From a virus, in the IMG/VR virus record IMGVR_UViG_3300045988_061800, positions 1-54,645 of that record: a DNA stretch of 54,645 bases. The stretch is one strand, 5' to 3'. Shown here piece by piece: positions 17,022 to 23,367 of the stretch (positions within the stretch are counted from its first letter, which is position 1; each line of letters opens with the position of its first letter). The notes under the pieces are model-generated. The model did not search any database and was not told where the DNA came from. It saw only the letters and a program-made list of their open reading frames with translations. The position numbers and the translations under genes were made by a program.

Positions 17022-17693
17022 GTGAGTAAGATGAAAGACCTCGCCGGTCAAAGGTTCGGGGAACTGATAGTAATAGAACCCGCTGGGCGCTCGCCCAAAG
17101 GCGCCATGCTTTGGCGGTGCATGTGCCGCAAGTGCGGAAATGAGTGCGTCGTTGAGGGGCAACGGTTAACCGATAAAAAATCGCCAAAGAAAGATTGTGG
17201 ATGCAATAAGCGTGAGAAAACGGAAGATCTTACCGGGAAAACCTATGGTGCGCTGACTGTATTGAAGCGAACCGGAATTGACAAACACGGGAACGCGCTG
17301 TATCTGTGCAAGTGTTCCATGTGCGGTTTCGAAAAGGAGTTCCCCGCACAGACGATAAGAAGCAAACCAAAGGGATGTGGCTGCCAGCAATACAAAAGCG
17401 AGAATATGAAAAAATACTCTGAACTTGCCGTTAAGGCCAAGTTTGCAAAAACGGGTGGCATAAAGCGCGCAGATATTGCGGCAGCGAAGACAGACAAAGC
17501 GATGCTAAGAAGCAAAACTGGTGTGCGTGGTGTTATGCCGGAGAAAAACGGGAAAACATACCGGGCAGCCGTACAGGTTTCCGGAGAGCGCTGGGTAAAG
17601 ACGGGTTTTATGTCTATTGAAAGCGCGAAGGCCGCTTATGATTCAAAGAAGAGGGAGCTATTAGAGAAATATGGACTGGATCAAATGCTGTGA
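17022..17693 (+). CDS. Zn-ribbon repeat plus AP2-like DNA-binding protein (homing-endonuclease-associated type)
   Basis: Two copies of GQRFGELIVIE...WRCMCRKCG...CGC. C-terminal GVRGV...GKTYRAAVQVSGERWVKTGFMSIESAKAAYD is AP2-like. GTG 17022 follows AGAGGGTGG. Confidence 0.55.
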   Translation: MSKMKDLAGQRFGELIVIEPAGRSPKGAMLWRCMCRKCGNECVVEGQRLTDKKSPKKDCGCNKREKTEDLTGKTYGALTVLKRTGIDKHGNALYLCKCSMCGFEKEFPAQTIRSKPKGCGCQQYKSENMKKYSELAVKAKFAKTGGIKRADIAAAKTDKAMLRSKTGVRGVMPEKNGKTYRAAVQVSGERWVKTGFMSIESAKAAYDSKKRELLEKYGLDQML

Positions 17694-17697
17694 TAGG

Positions 17698-17898
17698 ATG
17701 CCGCCGGATATGGAGCCGGTAATGGTGACGGTAAGAGTCAATGATGGAGGAAAGCAGACCTGGGTTGATGTCTGATACAATCCAGAGTACAAAGAATGGG
17801 AACAGCTTGCGGATGCTGTTGGAGATTACTGGGAAGGGCTTGGAAAGGATTATGAAGTAACTCATTGGATTCCGTACCCGGAACCGGCGGAAGATTGA
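17698..17898 (+). pseudogene. DUF551-like ORF interrupted by an in-frame TGA at 17773
   Basis: Reads MPPDMEPVMVTVRVNDGGKQTWVDV-TGA-YNPEYKEWEQLADAVGDYWEGLGKDYEVTHWIPYPEPAED, all in one frame. THW(I/M)P(Y/L)PEP matches the intact DUF551 gene at 10743. Confidence 0.5.
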
Positions 17899-17906
17899 AT
17901 AATTGT

Positions 17907-17951
17907 AGTGCCAAGTGCCTCTCCAGATGGAGCGAACAGTGCCAAGTGCCT
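17907..17951 (+). promoter_or_regulatory. Late-gene motif pair A: AGTGCCAAGTGCCT x2 (17907, 17938)
   Basis: Two exact 14-mers lie 31 nt apart, 34-78 nt 5' of the terL ATG. Confidence 0.7.
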
Positions 17952-17984
17952 TTTATCTGAAAGGATAGGAGGCACTTTATTTTT
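17944..17984 (+). terminator. Hairpin AAGTGCCT/AGGCACTT plus TATTTTT abutting the terL start; the 3' side of the hairpin contains the GGAGG
   Basis: 8-bp stem 17944-51 / 17970-77 with an inner TATC/GATA pairing. The T-run ends at the ATG 17985. Confidence 0.5.
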
Positions 17985-19607
17985 ATGGAAATTCGGGAGC
18001 TGGTGAAGAGGGCGTTCAAGCGTGACCTCTCCGACCCGTCTGCGTTATCTGATGCCTTTGATACGTTGCGGCTGCTAGAACCAGAAGATTTTACCTTGGC
18101 CCATGAGCGAAACAAGGAAGTACGTCGGCTGTCCGCAAGATTCGCCGCAGAACAAAAAAGCCTCCGTATGTTCGAGCTGAACAAGCGGAGTCTGCTGTTT
18201 GATGCGCCGTATGATTTTGATGCGGCGATAAGATATGCTGAGTGGGATAGAGAGCCGAAAAAGAAGTTTTATATGCCACGCAGAAAGCAGTTACTTCCGG
18301 TTGTTCAAGCTATGCAGCGGCTATCTGAACGGAAGATACGCATTTTGGGTGTTATGGCTCCCCCGGGCGTCGGGAAGACCACCATTGAATTGATGTTCAT
18401 GGTGATGGAGGGGTTAAAGAATCCAGATTTAAGCATTCTGATGGGGTCGCACTCAAATTCATTCCTGCGTGGGGCTTATGAAGAAGTTGGGCGGATGTTA
18501 GATCCTAAAGGGGAGTATTTGTGGAAAGATATTTTCCCATCTATTCAAGTTTGTAAAACCAACGCCCAAGACATGCGGATTGATCTCGGGAAACGAAAGC
18601 GGTTTGAGACCTTTGAGTTTTCGTCTATCGGATCCGGCAATGCAGGCAAGGTCCGTGCGTCAAACCTGTTGGTAGCAGATGACCTTGTACCTGATATTGA
18701 GTCCGCAATGAGTAAAGAGCGCATGGACAAGCTCTGGCAGCAGTATTATACAGACCTCATGCAGCGTATGATCGGAGATTGTGTCCAGCTTCTTGTCCAA
18801 ACACCTTGGACGTTACATGACCCCATTGACCGACTTGAACTAGCCCATGCAGAAGACCCAATGGCAGAGTTTATCCACCTACCTGCTCTGGATGAAAATG
18901 ATGAGAGTAATTTTGATTATCCGTATGGACTTGGGTTTACCACGGCATTCTATCACAATCAGAGAGATGTTATGGACGATGCTTCCTGGAGGGCACTATA
19001 CATGACTCAGCCCATTGAGCGTGAAGGACAGCTATACAATGAAGATGAGCTGCGCAGGTATTTTGAGCTTCCTGACGGGAAACCAGATGCAATCCTGTTT
19101 GTGTGCGATACGAAGGACAAGGGCACTGATTATTGCGTCATGCCAATTTGTTACCAGTACGGGAATGCCTTCTATTGTGAAGACGTAGTATGCGACAACA
19201 GCAATCCAGAGGTTGTAGAGGCGCGGCTGGTGTCAAAGCTCCTTCAGCATAAGGCTCAAATGGGCCAGTTTGAAAGCAACAGCGCTGGTGGGAAAGTAGC
19301 AGAAAAAGTTCAGAAAGAAGTTAAAGAAGCTGGCGGTATAGCGAAAATCACCACAAAATATACGACACAGCAAAAGGAAACAAAAATCATAGTGAACTCG
19401 CCGTGGGTGAAAGACCATGTGCTGTTCAAAGACAACTCTGTCATAAAGAAGGACAAGGAATATCGAAGGATGCTCAACTTCCTTTGCGGGTATACGATGG
19501 CAGGTAAAAATAAGCATGATGATGTTCCTGATGCTTGGGCAATGTTTGCTGAGTATGTTCAGCAACTCGAAGGGAACAAAGTAGAGGTGTTCCGCCGTCC
19601 ATTTTAA
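17985..19607 (+). CDS. terL: Terminase large subunit
   Basis: Walker A MAPPGVGKTT and Walker B-like LLVADDL. 540 aa, upstream of the portal gene. Confidence 0.85.
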   Translation: MEIRELVKRAFKRDLSDPSALSDAFDTLRLLEPEDFTLAHERNKEVRRLSARFAAEQKSLRMFELNKRSLLFDAPYDFDAAIRYAEWDREPKKKFYMPRRKQLLPVVQAMQRLSERKIRILGVMAPPGVGKTTIELMFMVMEGLKNPDLSILMGSHSNSFLRGAYEEVGRMLDPKGEYLWKDIFPSIQVCKTNAQDMRIDLGKRKRFETFEFSSIGSGNAGKVRASNLLVADDLVPDIESAMSKERMDKLWQQYYTDLMQRMIGDCVQLLVQTPWTLHDPIDRLELAHAEDPMAEFIHLPALDENDESNFDYPYGLGFTTAFYHNQRDVMDDASWRALYMTQPIEREGQLYNEDELRRYFELPDGKPDAILFVCDTKDKGTDYCVMPICYQYGNAFYCEDVVCDNSNPEVVEARLVSKLLQHKAQMGQFESNSAGGKVAEKVQKEVKEAGGIAKITTKYTTQQKETKIIVNSPWVKDHVLFKDNSVIKKDKEYRRMLNFLCGYTMAGKNKHDDVPDAWAMFAEYVQQLEGNKVEVFRRPF

Positions 19608-19632
19608 AACACAAAATATTGTGTATAATGCC

Positions 19633-19662
19633 TTGATTAAATCGTATATATTGTGGTATAAT
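19633..19662 (+). promoter_or_regulatory. Strong promoter TTGATT-18-TGgTATAAT driving the tRNA/ncRNA array
   Basis: TTGATT 19633-38, extended -10 TGg at 19654-56, TATAAT 19657-62, directly after the terL stop. Confidence 0.6.
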
Positions 19663-19767
19663 AAAGGAGGATAGATATTTGCCCATATCCGCCAGGTTTC
19701 TTTTCCAGCCTCCTTCACACGGGCGGGGTGGCGGCGGTGCAGCCGCTGCCCCTACTGTGTGCAATAT

Positions 19768-19842
19768 GCCCTTGTAGCTCAATGGTGAGAGCGATACCCT
19801 GATTTGGCATAGTGGACGCCGGTTCGATTCCGGCCGAGGGCT
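19768..19842 (+). tRNA. tRNA-like gene, anticodon GAU by position (Ile-like), atypical
   Basis: Acceptor GCCCTTG/CGAGGGC, D arm GCTC-AATGGTGA-GAGC, T arm GCCGG-TTCGATT-CCGGC. The anticodon arm ATACC-CTGATTT-GGCAT has an A.C mismatch and U at position 37. The variable loop is 7 nt. Confidence 0.6.
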
Positions 19843-20109
19843 TGGTGACCCGCACTTTTTGCGGTAGCCAACTTATTAAACCGCTCCAAAGTACACGGAG
19901 CTGACTGTGGAAAGACACTATACCGGAGGCTTAAAGCGTCAGTTATGCACCGGAGAAGGGTAACGGCGTCCGCCTGTCATGGAGGCGGAAGCGGTGGCAG
20001 CTATGACCTGCCCCGGCGCTATCCCACTGAAAACTGCCCTGCGAGTGGCTAATCATGATGTCGCCGCCGAGACCAGGGTGTGTCAATCTAAGCGAGACGG
20101 CGCAAATAT
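19843..20109 (+). ncRNA. GC-rich structured spacer without credible ORF (possibly part of the large ncRNA)
   Basis: Hairpins include CCGCACTTTTTGCGG and TCCGCCT-GTCATGG-AGGCGGA (19969-89). No RBS-led ORF. Confidence 0.3.
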
Positions 20110-20185
20110 GCCATCTTAGCTCAACTGGTAGAGCAACCGTCTTGTAATCGGTAGGTTGGAGGTTCGATTCCTCCCGGTGGCTCCA
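20110..20185 (+). tRNA. tRNA-Thr (anticodon UGU), CCA encoded
   Basis: Manual cloverleaf: GCCATCT acceptor, GCTC-AACTGGTA-GAGC, anticodon loop CTTGTAA, T arm GGAGG-TTCGATT-CCTCC, then CGGTGGC-T-CCA. Confidence 0.85.
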
Positions 20186-20798
20186 GAGATGCCCGGTGTA
20201 TGCCGGACAAAGCATCATCTTGTGGTGGTGCTTTATATGCCGAGTGCAGCAGCAGAAGCGAAAGCGGCGGCCATGGACAACGCCGTGGACGTGTGGCGGC
20301 TCAATGCCGCCTCTCGGCTCCAAACGCAGATGGAAAGCAAAAGAGGCACTGCGCGATTAAATTAAATGCCAATGGGCGGCTGGACAACCTACTGTCCGCC
20401 ATATGCCGCTCCTCGCCGCATGAGGCGGGCGGTGGCACCAGATGTATGGCACCACAGGTTAAAAGCAGACGGGCCTTCCTTGTGCGCTGTGCGAAAGCGG
20501 CAAGGTGAAAAAATTATTTTTGGCTGACCCCGGCCCTATAAAGATGAACGGTTCCGACTGACGACACCAGCGGAGGGGTTGAGATGTACCGTGATTGCTA
20601 TACGATGAAACTGGCCTACCCATGTGAGGCTGACGGATGTAGGTGTGGTTCCGGCTGTCTTAGGACAAGGCCGGATTGTAACAGGACGGCTGACGAAGAT
20701 TCGTATAGTAATTGTGATGTGATACCGCATAGCGGATTACATACAGGCCCGCGGCAAGCCTGACCAACCCCGCAGCATACCCCGAAAGGGGTATATCT
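20186..20798 (+). ncRNA. About 610-nt highly structured non-coding region between two tRNAs: candidate large ornate RNA (ROOL/GOLLD class)
   Basis: No credible ORF. Several GNRA-capped helices: ATACCCC-GAAA-GGGGTAT at 20777-94 and GCGAAAGC twice. Also GGCGGC-tcaat-GCCGCC at 20295-311 and a recurring CTGACG motif. tRNAs flank it and it has its own upstream promoter. Confidence 0.45.
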
Positions 20799-20872
20799 GG
20801 ACCATTGGCCCGATGGTCGGGCGGGCCCCTCATAAGGGCTTGGTCTTGGTTCGATTCCAAGATGGTCCACCA
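20799..20872 (+). tRNA. tRNA with CAU anticodon (elongator Met or Ile2-type), CCA encoded
   Basis: GGACCAT acceptor, GCCC-GATGGTC-GGGC, anticodon arm GGCCC-CTCATAA-GGGCT, T arm CTTGG-TTCGATT-CCAAG, then ATGGTCC-A-CCA. G1-C72 are paired, so it is not an initiator. Confidence 0.85.
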
Positions 20873-20898
20873 GAATTAGAAAGGAGTCGCCCAACTGA

Positions 20899-21066
20899 AT
20901 GAAGATTGACATTTATTGTCCGGTCTGTGCCGCTGCTGGCATCAATCATGGAAAAGGGCGGCTTTTGATGCAGGTGGATAGCAAAACAACTGGTATAGTT
21001 TATCCATACTGTAAGGCTTGCAAGAAAAACATCAAGATTGAGTTAAAAGGCGATAAAAGCGCCTGA
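20899..21066 (+). CDS. Com-like Zn-ribbon protein (55 aa)
   Basis: MKIDIYCPVCAAAG...VYPYCKACKKNIKIELK: two CxxC pairs about 30 aa apart, as in Mu Com-type regulators. Under 60 aa, so absent from the track. Confidence 0.5.
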   Translation: MKIDIYCPVCAAAGINHGKGRLLMQVDSKTTGIVYPYCKACKKNIKIELKGDKSA

Positions 21067-21079
21067 GAATATATAGTTT

Positions 21080-21128
21080 AGTGCCAAGTGCCTCCGGGCA
21101 ATGCCTGGACGAAGCGTGCCGAGTGCCG
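21080..21128 (+). promoter_or_regulatory. Late-gene motif pair B: AGTGCCAAGTGCCT (21080) and CGTGCCGAGTGCCG (21115)
   Basis: Same motif as at terL, 60-108 nt 5' of the portal start. Confidence 0.7.
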
Positions 21129-21171
21129 AGAGTAGACCTTATACGGGTCTGTTCTTGGCACTTTTTTGTTT
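21123..21171 (+). terminator. Strong intrinsic terminator between the Com-like gene and portal
   Basis: 16-bp stem GTGCCGAGAGTAGACC / GGGTCTGTTCTTGGCAC (with G.U pairs), a 7-nt loop, then TTTTTTGTTTG. The 5' arm starts inside motif copy 2. Confidence 0.75.
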
Positions 21172-21187
21172 GTCTGGAGGTGACAGA

Positions 21188-22663
21188 GTGACTGAAAACA
21201 ATACTGTTCGAGCTATATCCGAGTGGCCGGTCAATGGGCTGACTGGGCGTAGAAAAATTTACACCGCCAAAAAGAAAGTTACCCCGGAAAATGTGGTGGA
21301 GGTGCTGGGCAAGGCACTGGCCGTGCATCGCATCAACAGTGCGGAAATGTCCTATTTGTATGACTATTACAGAGGCAAACAGGACATCCGGCTGAAAGAT
21401 AAAATCGTCCGCCCGGAGATCAACAACAAGGTGATGATTAACCGGGCGAACGAAATCGTGGTATTCAAGTCTGCTTACCTTCTGGATGGCCCAATCCGTT
21501 ATGTGTCCAACGGCGGAGAAGATGATATTTCTTCTAATGTGAATACATTGAATGAATATATGCGAGCCGAGAGCAAAGACACTCTCGACAAAGAGCTGGC
21601 AGACTGGATGCACATCTGCGGTGTTGCGGTCCGCATGGTCCTCACTGACGAAGTCGGAGAAGAAGACGGGTCCCCGGCATCCATATATACCCTTGACCCA
21701 AGAGCGGCGTTTTGCATCTACCATAGCGGAGTAGGGCAGAAAAAGGTCGCTGGTGTGCTGGAACAGGTAGATGATGAGGGACAGCCCTACTTCTGCGTGT
21801 ACACCCCAGAATGGTATTTCGAGGTGCAGAACGGTCAGATCACTAAGCAGGAGGGCCGTACCATCCCCTACATCCCTATTGTGGAGTATGTGAACAATGA
21901 CGCCCGCATGGGTGCGTTTGAGCCGGTCATCCCAATCCTGAACGCAATCAACATGATTGAATCCAACCGGCTTGACAGTATTCAGGATTTCGTCAACGCC
22001 TTTGATGTGTTCCAAAACTGTGAGTTAGAGGACGGTCAATATAAGGAACTGGCAAAGGGCGGGATGGCAATTACTATCAAAAGCGTTCAGGCTGGTATGG
22101 AGGCCAAAGTATACCGCATCGCCTCTGAACTGAACCAGACCAACACGCAGACCATTGTGGACGATTTGGAGGACGCATACCTGACCATCTGCGGGATGCC
22201 GAACCGGAACGGAGGTTCCTCTACCAGCGACACTGGGCAGGCGGTCATTTACCGAGATGGATGGTCTGCCGCTGAGAGCCGGGCCAAGGACACGGAAAAG
22301 ACATGGGAGCGGTCGGAACGGGAGTTCCTGCGGCTGGTGCTGTATATCTGCCGTGAGACTGGCGATTTGGATTTGCAGTTGGCAGACATCAAGCCGGAGT
22401 TCACCCGCAAGAACCTGTCCAATATCCAGTCCAAGGCGCAAGTTCTGGCGGAGATGCTGAACAACAGCAAGATTCATCCGAAGTTAGCCTTCCAGTACAG
22501 TGGGCTATTCAGCGATCCCGAATCTGCGTACCGCGTAAGTATGGATTGGTACGAGGAAAACCAGCGCAAGATGGAGCGGAGCCTGCGGGATGAACTGGCG
22601 GCGGAACGATTTAATGGGAGCGACCCGGCCAATCCGCAGGCCGGCGGCGGTGATACTGAATGA
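21188..22663 (+). CDS. Portal protein (SPP1 gp6-like)
   Basis: GTG 21188 lies 7 nt after GGAGG. The track start 21101 would include the terminator. 491 aa, between terL and the MuF-like gene. Confidence 0.8.
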   Translation: MTENNTVRAISEWPVNGLTGRRKIYTAKKKVTPENVVEVLGKALAVHRINSAEMSYLYDYYRGKQDIRLKDKIVRPEINNKVMINRANEIVVFKSAYLLDGPIRYVSNGGEDDISSNVNTLNEYMRAESKDTLDKELADWMHICGVAVRMVLTDEVGEEDGSPASIYTLDPRAAFCIYHSGVGQKKVAGVLEQVDDEGQPYFCVYTPEWYFEVQNGQITKQEGRTIPYIPIVEYVNNDARMGAFEPVIPILNAINMIESNRLDSIQDFVNAFDVFQNCELEDGQYKELAKGGMAITIKSVQAGMEAKVYRIASELNQTNTQTIVDDLEDAYLTICGMPNRNGGSSTSDTGQAVIYRDGWSAAESRAKDTEKTWERSEREFLRLVLYICRETGDLDLQLADIKPEFTRKNLSNIQSKAQVLAEMLNNSKIHPKLAFQYSGLFSDPESAYRVSMDWYEENQRKMERSLRDELAAERFNGSDPANPQAGGGDTE

Positions 22664-23271
22664 GCGGGTTCTATGATCTTACCGACAAAGCCATTGACCT
22701 TTTGAACAAGAGGGCAGTCAAGCGGTTTGAGGATGCGAAAGACGAAGTTGCGCAGATGGGCTTTGATGAACTCAATGTGCTGGAAGTCACCCGAACACTA
22801 TATGACCAACTGCGCAAGGACAACCAAGATGTCTTTCTTGAACTAGCGCAAGAGCGGTATCAGGAGGCCGAACCGCATGGAGAGGAGCCGCCTAATTTAG
22901 CGTGGTTACTGGCATTGCTGGCGGCGTACAACGCTGTGACGAAATACCAGTATTCCCGCGAATGGGAGCGCAAGCGTGACCGCACAGCGGAGGCTATTAA
23001 CTCTACTACCGCAAAGGTCACAGAGTTTCGCCGGGGCCTTTCCTACTGGGCGCAGATGACGGAATGGTATGCGGTGGAAGTCACAGACCAGTCCACACTG
23101 AAAGCGTTCCAGGACAGCGGCGTGCGCTATGTGAAATGGAACACCATGAATGATGGGCGTGAGTGCTCCACTTGTAAGGAGCGAGACGGAAAAATTTATC
23201 CCATCCGGAGCATACCAAGCAAGCCCCACCCTGGTTGCCGGTGCTGGTATACCCCGGCGGAGAAAAAGTGA
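22660..23271 (+). CDS. Head morphogenesis protein (SPP1 gp7 / Mu F-like)
   Basis: C-terminal DGRECSTCKERDGKIY...HPGCRCW motif. Confidence 0.75.
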   Translation: MSGFYDLTDKAIDLLNKRAVKRFEDAKDEVAQMGFDELNVLEVTRTLYDQLRKDNQDVFLELAQERYQEAEPHGEEPPNLAWLLALLAAYNAVTKYQYSREWERKRDRTAEAINSTTAKVTEFRRGLSYWAQMTEWYAVEVTDQSTLKAFQDSGVRYVKWNTMNDGRECSTCKERDGKIYPIRSIPSKPHPGCRCWYTPAEKK

Positions 23272-23367
23272 ATAAACGGGCGGCTATCCCGACGGGGAGA
23301 AAAGTGGAGTGCCTTGCCACCTGCCGCCTGTTCATTCTACAAGGTTAACTATTGGAGGCGATAGTTG

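Noticed and set aside
17773-17775. Genome-wide TGA reassignment (Trp or Gly code) suggested by the in-frame TGA
   Set aside because: Many well-supported genes, including portal, major capsid and the rSAM gene, terminate at TGA with the next gene's RBS and start immediately following.
17907-17920. Reading the GTGCCAAGTGCC motif on the minus strand (GGCACTTGGCAC) as a sigma-54 -24/-12 promoter
   Set aside because: TGGCAC is present, but the -12 TTGC element is missing at the right spacing. The orientation would also drive transcription away from the adjacent genes.
19969-19989. tRNA-like anticodon arm TCCGCCT-GTCATGG-AGGCGGA (CAU in the loop), considered as a fourth tRNA
   Set aside because: The stem is 7 bp, and there is no T-arm (no TTCGA-type loop) or acceptor pairing nearby. 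It is treated as part of the structured spacer.
21101-21187. Track start (ATG 21101) for the portal ORF, and likewise 31351 for the tape measure and 833 for the ATPase
   Set aside because: These N-terminal extensions would translate through the motif and terminator elements and lack RBSs. The downstream starts (GTG 21188, ATG 31426, ATG 893) have canonical SDs at correct spacing.
21032-22015. 327-aa minus-strand ORF antisense to the portal gene
   Set aside because: It lies fully within a well-supported plus-strand portal gene, has no RBS or neighbouring minus-strand genes, and its composition is shadow-ORF-like.
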